In this document: positions 1-8,039 of the stretch, in pieces
How positions within the stretch are numbered: position 1 is the first letter of the stretch
How the letters are laid out: the number at the start of each line of letters is the position of its first letter
The notes under the pieces: generated by a model
Told to the model about the DNA's origin: nothing
The model's database searches: none
The model's input: the letters and a program-made list of their open reading frames with translations, nothing else
Position numbers and translations under genes: made by a program
Origin: an uncultured Desulfobulbaceae bacterium
Lineage (GTDB): Bacteria; Desulfobacterota; Desulfobulbia; Desulfobulbales; Desulfocapsaceae
NCBI GenBank assembly: GCA_937910875.1
Contig: CALENA010000020.1
Span: 5,019 to 29,018 of the forward strand
Length of the DNA stretch: 24,000 nucleotides
Reading direction: 5' to 3'

Positions 1-161
1 ACACATTCCCTCGCTTGACTCAGTCATTCTCGCAGGCCACTCGCACCAGAAGAGAAAATAAACTATTTTGGACACGACCCATTAACCATGATATCTTTTC
101 ATTGAGCTTCATCAGTCAACGTCGGAACACCAGAAAAGACAACCATCAAATCGGAGAACAA

Positions 162-1697
162 ATGACAACCGGGCAAGCGGATCATAAACTCAAACTACGA
201 ACCCTGACCATTGCCGACTATGACGACATAGAGGTGATCATGAAACAGGCCTATGCCGGAATGGGCGGGGCCTGGACCAGAGATGAAATAGACAGACTGC
301 TGAAACTTTTTCCCCAGGGGCAGGTCTGTATTGAAGACAACGGCAGCGTGGTCTGCGCCGCCCTGACTCTCATGGTTGACTACTCAAAAATAGAAGACAA
401 CCACTCCTATGACGATATTGTCGACGACGGTAAATTCAGCATCAATGATCTTGAAGGAGACTATCTTTACGGAATTGATGTCTTCGTCCACAAAGACTAC
501 AGGGGCATGCGGCTGGGCAGAAGAATCTACGACGCCAGAAAAGAACTCTGCGAAAAGCTCAACCTGAAAGGCATCATCGTCGGCGGCCGCATCCCCGGGT
601 ATGCCAAGTACGCCAAAGAACTGACTCCCGATCAGTATATCGACAAGGTGCGCAAAAGAGAACTTGTCGATCAGGTCCTGACCTTTCAGCTCTCCAACGA
701 CTTTCACCCCAAACGAGCCATCCGCAACTACATCCCCGAAGACAAGAGTTCCAAGAGCTACGCCGTCATGCTGGAATGGAACAATATCTTCTATCAGAGC
801 AAAAAGAGGATGAGCTGGGGCCGTCGATCCAATGTCCGGATCAGCACGGTCCAATGGCAGATGCGGCCCTTCAACACCGTCGATGACCTGCTGCAGCAGA
901 TTGAATTCTTTGTCGCTGCCTGCTCCGGCTACCAGACCGACCTTTTGCTCTTCCCTGAGATGTTCAACGCACCTTTACTGGCCAATTACGATCAGCAGAA
1001 CCCCTCCCTGGCCATGCGCTCCCTGGCCGACCTTACCGAGCCGTTGCGGGAGGCGATGCTGCAGATGGCGATGAAATACAACACCAACATCATCACCGGA
1101 AGCCTGCCGGTCTATCAGGACGACAAACTTTATAACGTCGCCTTTCTCTGTCGACGCGACGGCACCTGGGACTCGCAGCATAAACTGCATATCACCCCTG
1201 ATGAAGCGGAGTGGTGGGGCTTTCAGGGCGGCAACGAACTGAAGGTCTTTGATACCGATATCGGCAAAATCGGCATCCTGGTCTGTTTTGATGTCGAATT
1301 CCCCGAGTTACCGCGGAAACTTGCCGACCTGGGCATGAAGGTGCTGCTGGTCCCCTACTGGACCGACACCAAAAACGCCTACCTGCGGGTCCGGCGCTGC
1401 GCCCAGGCCCGGGCCATCGAAAATGAATGCTATGTGGCAATCACAGGCAGCGTCGGCAACCTGCCAAAGGTGAAGAACATGGATATTCAGTATTCCCAGT
1501 CGGCGATCTTCACGCCCTCTGATTTCGCTTTCCCGCACGATGCAGTGGCGGCCGAGGCCACTCCCAATACCGAAATGACCCTGCTGGCCGACCTCGACCT
1601 GGACCTCTTGAAAGAAATCCGCAAGCATGGCAGCGTCCGCAACCTGGAAAGCCGCCGGACAGATCTCTACAACATCAACTGGACTCCAAAAAACTAA
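162..1697 (+). CDS. Bifunctional GNAT N-acetyltransferase / carbon-nitrogen hydrolase (nitrilase superfamily) fusion protein
   Basis: From ORF 15..1697. The N-terminal ~220 aa carry a GNAT acetyl-CoA motif (GIDVFVHKDYRGMRLGRRIY). The C-terminal ~270 aa carry the nitrilase-superfamily Glu/Lys/Cys contexts (LLLFPEMF, HKLHITP, ILVCFDVEFPE). I moved the start to ATG 162, which has GGAG at 153-156. The TTG at 15 only adds a non-homologous Arg-rich leader. Confidence 0.85.
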   Translation: MTTGQADHKLKLRTLTIADYDDIEVIMKQAYAGMGGAWTRDEIDRLLKLFPQGQVCIEDNGSVVCAALTLMVDYSKIEDNHSYDDIVDDGKFSINDLEGDYLYGIDVFVHKDYRGMRLGRRIYDARKELCEKLNLKGIIVGGRIPGYAKYAKELTPDQYIDKVRKRELVDQVLTFQLSNDFHPKRAIRNYIPEDKSSKSYAVMLEWNNIFYQSKKRMSWGRRSNVRISTVQWQMRPFNTVDDLLQQIEFFVAACSGYQTDLLLFPEMFNAPLLANYDQQNPSLAMRSLADLTEPLREAMLQMAMKYNTNIITGSLPVYQDDKLYNVAFLCRRDGTWDSQHKLHITPDEAEWWGFQGGNELKVFDTDIGKIGILVCFDVEFPELPRKLADLGMKVLLVPYWTDTKNAYLRVRRCAQARAIENECYVAITGSVGNLPKVKNMDIQYSQSAIFTPSDFAFPHDAVAAEATPNTEMTLLADLDLDLLKEIRKHGSVRNLESRRTDLYNINWTPKN

Positions 1698-1807
1698 CCA
1701 GCATGGCTGGACCAAACTGGCCCCAGCCACAATCAACCATGAACGTTCGTTCCTTTGACATGGCCAGTCATGGGTTCCAATGAACTTTCGAATAAAACAT
1801 AAAGAGG
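1697..1807 (+). repeat. Conserved intergenic element, copy A (full length; candidate regulatory module)
   Basis: Aligns by eye to the reverse complement of 19089-19198 at roughly 85% identity with one 2-nt indel. Contains GAACGTTC (1741-1748) and GAACTTTC (1782-1789), then ATAAAA and AAAGAGG. Begins at the stop codon of the upstream gene. Confidence 0.7.
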
Positions 1808-1925
1808 CTCGACCCCCTTTTCGTTTCCTAAGCAAGGAATTTAACCATATAATGCAGTGGATGACGAAAACATCCGCGGAGATGCTTGGCCAGATTTTTT
1901 GTTTCAGTTATGAGGTAAGATATTG

Positions 1926-3683
1926 ATGAAGTGGCAGAATCTGCAGCTGGCAGTCTTTCCTTTCCTGAGGTGGTGGCCCCGCGTGACCCGGAAGGCCCTG
2001 CACTATGATCTGATGGCGGGACTGACCGGAGCGGTTATTGCCCTGCCCCAGGGGGTCGCCTTTGCGGCTATTGCCGGGATGCCCCCGGAATACGGCCTCT
2101 ATGCCGGCATGGTCCCGGCCATCGTGGCCGCCCTGTTCGGCTCGTCCTGGCATCTGGTCTCAGGCCCGACCACTGCCGCTTCAATTGTGATCTTCTCGGC
2201 CTTGAGCCAGCACGCAACTCCTGGCAGTGCCGAGTATGTCCAGCTGGCACTGACCTTAACGGTCATGGTCGGCCTGATTCAGTTCACGATGGGTCTGGCC
2301 CGTTTTGGGACCCTGGTCAATTTCATTTCCCATTCTGTTGTCATTGGATTCACGGCCGGGGCGGCAATTTTGATTGCCACCAGCCAGCTGAAACACTTTT
2401 TCGGCTTATCACTCCCCCGGGGTGGTAATTTTTACGAAACACTCTCGGCAGTTTTCTCGCGCTGGAGTGAAATCAATCCCTATATTACCGCAGTCGGCCT
2501 GGTGACCATGCTTGCCGGTATCCTCATCAAGCGCTTCAAACCCCGATTTCCCTCAATGATCGTCTCTATGCTGGTCGGCAGTGTGGCCGCATTTGCCCTG
2601 AGCAGAATCCTGGGAGCGGATGTGACAAAAATTGCCACTGTCGGGGCGCTGCCGGCCTCATTACCGCCGTTATCCGCCCCGACGCTCTCCCTGACAACGA
2701 TCAAGATGCTGGCACCGGCCGCTCTGGCAACAACTCTCTTTGCCCTGACCGAGGCCGTGTCGATTGCCCGATCCCTGGCCGATAAGACCGGACAGGACCT
2801 TGACGCCAATCAGGAATTCATTGGTCAGGGGCTGTCAAATATCGTGGGCTGTTTTTTTTCCGGATATGTCGCAACCGGTTCATTTAACAGAAGCGGCCTC
2901 AACTATCAGGCCGGGGCCAGAACACCACTTGCCGCCATCATCGCCGGGGCTCTGTTGATAGTACTGGTTCTCCTGGTGGCACCGCTGACCGCCTACCTGC
3001 CTGATGCGGCCATGGCGGGAATCCTCTTTCTGGTGGCCTGGGGTCTGATCGATATTCCCCATATCCGCAAGGTGCTCCGTGCCAGTCGTTACGAAACACT
3101 GATCATGGGAACGACGTTCTTTGCGACGCTGTTTCTGGAACTTGAGTTTGCCATCTTTTTAGGCGTCATGCTGTCACTGGTCCTCTATCTGAAACGGACC
3201 TCGCATCCTCGCCTGCGCAGCCGGATACCCAATCCCCGTCAGGCGGAACGGCCCTTTATCACAGATCCGAGCCTGCCCGAGTGTCCGCAGCTGAAGATCG
3301 TCCGGATCGAGGACTCGCTTTATTTCGGCTCCGTCAATCATGTCCGGGAGACCATTAATGCAATGTACCGGGAAAATCCCGGCCAGAAACACCTCCTGAT
3401 CGTGGCCAGAGAAATTAACTTTATTGATATGGCCGGCGCAGATTTTCTCGTTCGACTGGCCCGGGAGCGGAAAGCAGAAGGCGGAGGCTTATATCTCTAT
3501 CATATCAACGAAGGCGTCTGTGATCATTTCAGGCTCATTGATGACCTGATGCAGATCGGTCCTGAAAATATCTATGAAACAAAACAGGAGGCCATAGCCG
3601 AAATCTTTTTGAAGTTGGACCGGACAATCTGTGACCGGTGCACGGCCAGGATCTTTCTGGAATGTCAAACGATCACTCAATGA
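1926..3683 (+). CDS. SulP-family anion (sulfate/bicarbonate-type) permease with C-terminal STAS domain
   Basis: The N-terminus is typical of SulP (DLMAGLTGAVIALPQGVAFAAIAGMPPEYGLYAGMVPAIVAALFGSSWHLVSGPT), followed by multiple TM segments. The C-terminal region is STAS-like (LKIVRIEDSLYFGSVNHV...INFIDMAGADFL). ATG 1926 has GAGG at 1912-1915. The track start at 1923 is a TTG one codon upstream. Confidence 0.9.
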   Translation: MKWQNLQLAVFPFLRWWPRVTRKALHYDLMAGLTGAVIALPQGVAFAAIAGMPPEYGLYAGMVPAIVAALFGSSWHLVSGPTTAASIVIFSALSQHATPGSAEYVQLALTLTVMVGLIQFTMGLARFGTLVNFISHSVVIGFTAGAAILIATSQLKHFFGLSLPRGGNFYETLSAVFSRWSEINPYITAVGLVTMLAGILIKRFKPRFPSMIVSMLVGSVAAFALSRILGADVTKIATVGALPASLPPLSAPTLSLTTIKMLAPAALATTLFALTEAVSIARSLADKTGQDLDANQEFIGQGLSNIVGCFFSGYVATGSFNRSGLNYQAGARTPLAAIIAGALLIVLVLLVAPLTAYLPDAAMAGILFLVAWGLIDIPHIRKVLRASRYETLIMGTTFFATLFLELEFAIFLGVMLSLVLYLKRTSHPRLRSRIPNPRQAERPFITDPSLPECPQLKIVRIEDSLYFGSVNHVRETINAMYRENPGQKHLLIVAREINFIDMAGADFLVRLARERKAEGGGLYLYHINEGVCDHFRLIDDLMQIGPENIYETKQEAIAEIFLKLDRTICDRCTARIFLECQTITQ

Positions 3684-3740
3684 TTAATTGATCTGGGTGG
3701 AGGGGTTGGTCTCAGGGTCAGAATGGGCTGCTTGATGAAG

Positions 3741-3773
3741 CTCTGGTGAACTTTCGGATAAAAAAAGAGGAGG
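3741..3773 (+). repeat. Conserved intergenic element, copy D (3' module only), fused to the RBS of the next ORF
   Basis: CTCTGGTGAACTTTCGGATAAAAAAAGAGGAGG matches the 3' ends of copies A, B and C, most closely copy C (TCTCTGGTGAACTTTGGGATAAAAAAA). The 5' half of the element is absent. Confidence 0.5.
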
Positions 3774-3780
3774 AACCATC

Positions 3781-3966
3781 ATGAAAACCACACAACTTTC
3801 AATCGGACTATTTGGAATAATGATATTAATCTCTTTGGCAATAATTTTTCCAAACAAGAGCTTTGCTCATTGTGACACCTTGGATGGGCCGGTTGTCGCA
3901 ACAACTCGCCTTGCTTTGGATAAAGGCGATGTAACAACGTTACTCAAGTGGGCTCGCCAACTATAA
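3781..3966 (+). pseudogene. N-terminal fragment (61 aa) of a secreted HCDTLDGPVV-motif protein; I recall this family as DUF6448 but have not verified it
   Basis: Strong SD (GAGGAGG at 3767-3773). Signal peptide MKTTQLSIGLFGIMILISLAIIFPNKSFA, then HCDTLDGPVVATTRLALDKGDVTTLLKW. From memory, full-length family members are roughly three times longer. The ORF stops abruptly where unrelated sequence begins. Confidence 0.5.
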
Positions 3967-4121
3967 ACAAAGGAATTCTGTTTTCGGTTGCCGGTATTCT
4001 TGAGGTTATGCATGGGTTACAATTTAAAAGGAAAAAAGCTGCCGCCTTTGGGGCATACGGCTGGAGTGGTGAAAGTACCAAGATAATCAGACCACCGCTT
4101 AAACTATCAATCCGTTTATAA
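3966..4121 (+). pseudogene. Internal fragment of a flavodoxin-like domain, as found in flavodiiron (FprA/ROO-type) proteins
   Basis: My translation of this frame reads NKGILFSVAGILEVMHGLQFKRKKAAAFGAYGWSGESTKII, then a stop at 4119-4121. This resembles the conserved ...AAAFGSYGWSGE... segment. There is no start codon or RBS, and both the N- and C-terminal parts of such a protein are missing. Confidence 0.5.
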
Positions 4122-4179
4122 TACAGGGCCGAGCCTCTTTCGGAAACTTTCGCCCCGATTTCGCAATCCAATATCCCCT

Positions 4180-6045
4180 ATGACAACTCCTCAAATTATC
4201 ATTATATCCGTGCTGCTGATGACTATGGGCATGTTTTTATGGGGACCTTGGCGTCATGATATGATTGCCATTGGCGCTTTGCTTGTTTGTGTTATCAGCG
4301 GCCTGGTTCCAGGAAAAGAGGCTTTTGCCGGTTTCGGACACCCTGCGGTTGTCACTGTGGCATCTGTATTGGTACTTGGCTATGGTCTGCAGATTTCCGG
4401 GGCAGTGAATGTGATTACACAGCGTTTTCTCCCAACCTCAGCTGGACCGACGGTAAGTATTCTGGCACTTATCAGTCTTGCTGCTTTATTATCGTGCTTC
4501 ATGAATAATGTTGGCGCACTGGCACTGTTAATGCCGATTGCTATTCAAATGGCAACAAAACAAAATATTCCACCGGGAAAGATTCTTATGCCGCTGGCAT
4601 TTGGATCTATCCTTGGAGGAATGACCACTTTGATTGGGACACCTCCCAATTTGATTGTCTCAGCGTACAGAGAGTCAACAGGATCGGGAAGTTTTTCCAT
4701 GTTTGAATTTGCGCCGGTCGGCGGCTCTGTTGCAATCATTGGCATTATCTTTGTTGGGGTAATGGGCTGGCGGTTGGTGCCGGCACGTAAACAGGATGAT
4801 AGCGGAAGTTTTGATTCAGGCACTTACCTAAGTGAGATCCGGATTGTTGAAGGCAGCAAGGCCGTAAACAAAAGACTGTACGAAGTTGAACAAATTTTAG
4901 ATGATACCGACGCGCAGATTGTCGGGATGATTCGTCATGATGTCCGATTTTTCGCACCAAATCCCCGCAAAGTGTTGCTGGACGGTGATGTTTTGATCAT
5001 TGAAGTCGACCCTAAGTCCTTGCCATCAACCATTTCAAGCCTTGGGCTCGATTTAGAAGAGGTTGTTCCTCCAATCGCTGACAATGAAGAGTCGGAAGTC
5101 AACAATGATAACCTGTCAGAGAGAAATGAAAAAACTCCAATCAACGTTATTCAAAATGAAGAAAATGACAAAAATAAAACCCAATCAGATGAGGTCGTTA
5201 TTCAAGAGCTGGTTGTGATGCAAAACGCTGCATTGGTTAATCGTTCTGCTCTTGACATTGAATTGCGCAATCGATACGGCATCAATTTGCTTGCCTTGTC
5301 TCGCCAGGGACGACGAACAATCAAACGCCTGCGCTCTACTCCTGTTCTAGCCGGAGATGTCCTGTTGCTCCAAGGGACACCAGAATCGATGTCCGGTTTT
5401 GCCTCACACTATGGCTGTTTGCCTTTGGCAACACGTAATATTTTGGTCCCGAAAAAAGGACAGGCACTCACTGCCTCACTTGTTATGGCCGTTGCTGTAA
5501 GTGTCGCAGCCCTGGGGATCCTCCCTGCTGAGGTTTCTTTTGTTGCTGGAGTTCTCGCCTTTTCAGCATTGGGAATTGTTCCGGTTCGCTCAATCTATAC
5601 GGCTGTCGACTGGCCGGTTATCATCCTGTTAGGAGCCATGCTCCCTGTTGCCGATGCCATGTCCTCCAGCGGTGCCGCCAGCGTGATCGCGAATTTTTTA
5701 TTAAACAATGTGGCCCAGGGGCATGTCATTGCCGGACTGGTGGTGGTGTTGGTGGTGACTATGTTCCTGTCGGACTTGATGAACAACGCTGCAACGGCGG
5801 CGTTGATGTGCCCGATTGCTATCAGCTCCGCCAATCAACTGGGCGCAAATGCCGACACCTTTCTGATGGCCGTTGCCATAGGAGCTTCCTGTGCTTTCCT
5901 GACACCCATAGGGCACCAAAACAACACTCTGATCCTTGGGCCCGGTGACTTCCGCTTCGGCGATTACTGGCGGTTGGGTCTGGTATTGGAGATTATAGTA
6001 GTCGCGGTCAGCGTGCCAATGCTTCTCTGGATATGGCCTCTATGA
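4180..6045 (+). CDS. SLC13/DASS-family permease with two central TrkA-C (RCK_C) domains
   Basis: 621-aa ORF with N- and C-terminal multi-TM transporter halves (NNVGALALLMPIA ... MNNAATAALMCPIA repeats typical of this fold). Two cytoplasmic TrkA-C-like segments lie between them (LSEIRIVEGSKAVNKRL...GDVLIIE and VMQNAALVNRSALDIELRNRYGINLLAL...GDVLLLQG). No obvious SD precedes the ATG. Confidence 0.85.
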   Translation: MTTPQIIIISVLLMTMGMFLWGPWRHDMIAIGALLVCVISGLVPGKEAFAGFGHPAVVTVASVLVLGYGLQISGAVNVITQRFLPTSAGPTVSILALISLAALLSCFMNNVGALALLMPIAIQMATKQNIPPGKILMPLAFGSILGGMTTLIGTPPNLIVSAYRESTGSGSFSMFEFAPVGGSVAIIGIIFVGVMGWRLVPARKQDDSGSFDSGTYLSEIRIVEGSKAVNKRLYEVEQILDDTDAQIVGMIRHDVRFFAPNPRKVLLDGDVLIIEVDPKSLPSTISSLGLDLEEVVPPIADNEESEVNNDNLSERNEKTPINVIQNEENDKNKTQSDEVVIQELVVMQNAALVNRSALDIELRNRYGINLLALSRQGRRTIKRLRSTPVLAGDVLLLQGTPESMSGFASHYGCLPLATRNILVPKKGQALTASLVMAVAVSVAALGILPAEVSFVAGVLAFSALGIVPVRSIYTAVDWPVIILLGAMLPVADAMSSSGAASVIANFLLNNVAQGHVIAGLVVVLVVTMFLSDLMNNAATAALMCPIAISSANQLGANADTFLMAVAIGASCAFLTPIGHQNNTLILGPGDFRFGDYWRLGLVLEIIVVAVSVPMLLWIWPL

Positions 6046-6132
6046 TAAAAAGACTGGGTTACTTGCTGTAAAATAATAGTGGAAAAGACAAGTTTATCTC
6101 ATTCCTTGTCATTCAATCAATGACACAATGGA

Positions 6133-6360
6133 ATGAAGCGTGCGATGTTTTTTGAAAAAGCGAACTCGACATTCAGCGAAGCTATAAATTTAGATCCCAA
6201 ATATGGCAACGCGTACCGCGCATGGGCTCTTTCGTTATACTTGGAAGGCAACTACAAAAAAGCGTGGGAGGCAGTAGATCAACACCGTGCATCAGGTGGC
6301 GATAGCCTTTCTCCTGACTTTATTGACTCCCTGTCAAAAAAGATGCCCGAACCAAAGTAA
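6133..6360 (+). CDS. TPR-repeat protein, probably a C-terminal remnant (75 aa)
   Basis: TPR-like helices (AINLDPKYGNAYRAWALSLYLEGNYKKAWEAVDQ). An in-frame stop lies 4 codons upstream of the ATG, there is no SD, and all upstream frames are full of stops. Confidence 0.4.
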   Translation: MKRAMFFEKANSTFSEAINLDPKYGNAYRAWALSLYLEGNYKKAWEAVDQHRASGGDSLSPDFIDSLSKKMPEPK

Positions 6361-6570
6361 ATAATGGTGTGGGCAGAGAGTTGGTTAACCAAGTGATCTC
6401 AAACGTTCGGCCACAGAAATATGGATACTGGCCCAAGAAACAATTTGATAACGATGCATGATACCCAGTATGCTTATTAAAGAAATGTTGATTTGAGATT
6501 GATGGGGGTCAGCATCAATTTGTTAGGGCCCTTCTGCTTGTTAAGACAAAATCTATAAAAGGGCGGCTCC

Positions 6571-7830
6571 ATGATCGACAATATCCATAAATGGCTCATC
6601 CTCAGGCTTACTCTGGTTTGGCTCGTTCTTTCTCTAGTGGTCGGCGGTCTGGTCAACTACATCGGTCATATCCGGCTGGATAACCATGTTGTCGACATGG
6701 CTCGAGCCGAGACCTCTCATTACACCGCCGATTTTACCGCCTACTTGAAATCTCCCACACCGCAGGCTCTTGCTCTGTTCAGTCGAAAAATCCAGACTCT
6801 TATTGAAAAAGACCACTTAATTGTGGTGGAATTCTATGGTGCCGATTCCAAGAAGGTCACCGAGGCGTTCAAATCGTCCGTTGCAGAGGTCGAGACACGG
6901 CTCCCCAAACATGGAACCGAGTTCACTAACACCTCGAAAATTCTTTGTGAGAAGTTGACCTTGGGCCAAGAGATCTTCATGCGGGTTTTTGTTCCCATCT
7001 TTGATGATGCAGGGCTTAGAAGCGGCTATCTCGAAGGGATTTACCATGCCCCAAACGATATTGTTGTCCAAAACAAAAGAGAGTCTCTCTGGGCCTTGAT
7101 TTTGGTTGTGGTGGTCATGTTCGTGATCACTCTGGCGCTCTACCCGCTCATCATTCGTCTTGATCGTAAACTCCTGGAATACGCACATATTCTGGCTTTG
7201 ACCAATATCGGGATGTTGAAAGTTCTGGGTAGCGCCATTGCCAAACGAGACAGCGACACCAATATCCACAACTTTCGGGTGGCCTTGTATTCCGTTCGTT
7301 TGGGAGAGAAACTACATCTCTCAAATACCGCCATGCAGGGGTTGATCAAAGGTGCTTTTTTGCATGATGTTGGCAAAATAGCCATCACTGATGCAATCCT
7401 GCTCAAACCGGGCAAGTTGACCAGCGAGGAGTTCGAGACCATGAAAACTCACGTCAGCCACGGAGGAGACATCCTCTGCAGCTATGACTGGCTGCAGGAC
7501 GCAGACGAAGTGGTTCGCTACCACCACGAAAAATTCAATGGCAGCGGTTATCTGTCGGGTTTAAAAGGGGAGGATATACCGCTCAACGCCCGGATCTTTG
7601 CGGTGGTGGATGTCTTCGACGCCCTGACCTCCAGGCGGCCATACAAGGAGCCGTTCAACCTGGAGACCTCAGTCGGTATCATCAGGGAAGCGCGGGGTAG
7701 TCATTTTGATCCGGCAATAACGGACCTGTTTCTGGAACAGGTCGAGGCGCTGTATGCCGAGATCTGCAACGAGGATGAACCGCTGCTGCACGGCAAACTG
7801 GAGGAGTGCATCAAGACATACTTCCGGTAG
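6571..7830 (+). CDS. Membrane-anchored HD-GYP-type domain protein (putative cyclic-di-GMP phosphodiesterase or signalling protein) with a periplasmic sensor region
   Basis: Two TM segments (WLILRLTLVWLVLSLVVGGLV; LWALILVVVVMFVITLALYPLII) flank a ~140-aa loop. The HD domain shows LHDVGKIAI, HHEKFNGSGYLSGLKGEDIPLNARIFAVVDVFDALTSRRPYK. Confidence 0.85.
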   Translation: MIDNIHKWLILRLTLVWLVLSLVVGGLVNYIGHIRLDNHVVDMARAETSHYTADFTAYLKSPTPQALALFSRKIQTLIEKDHLIVVEFYGADSKKVTEAFKSSVAEVETRLPKHGTEFTNTSKILCEKLTLGQEIFMRVFVPIFDDAGLRSGYLEGIYHAPNDIVVQNKRESLWALILVVVVMFVITLALYPLIIRLDRKLLEYAHILALTNIGMLKVLGSAIAKRDSDTNIHNFRVALYSVRLGEKLHLSNTAMQGLIKGAFLHDVGKIAITDAILLKPGKLTSEEFETMKTHVSHGGDILCSYDWLQDADEVVRYHHEKFNGSGYLSGLKGEDIPLNARIFAVVDVFDALTSRRPYKEPFNLETSVGIIREARGSHFDPAITDLFLEQVEALYAEICNEDEPLLHGKLEECIKTYFR

Positions 7831-8039
7831 TGTCTTTCCTCGGCAAAGGGGGCCATTGCACAAAAAAAACATTGCCTCCATCTCGGATCACGACGAATTG
7901 AAAGATAGCTTGCCAAATACTTCGACAATCTGAATGTGAATTTCATCTATCCCATAGATTATCAACAACAACTGAAATCGCCGAATCGAGCAGCCGGGGG
8001 TTTTAATAACGTCAACAAAACCATAACGAGGTCATTTAA

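Noticed and set aside
3713-3721. Short shared GGGTCAG(A/G)A at both borders of the low-GC segment (3713-3721 and 8533-8542), considered as att-like direct repeats
   Set aside because: Only 7-8 nt match, and the same heptamer also occurs at 6506-6512. This is consistent with chance.
6498-6519. Inverted repeat ATTGATG-(8 nt)-CATCAAT upstream of the HD-GYP gene, considered as an FNR/CRP-type TTGAT...ATCAA site or a terminator
   Set aside because: The spacing between TTGAT and ATCAA is 10 nt, not the 4 nt of the FNR consensus. The stem is short and AT-rich, and I have no supporting context.
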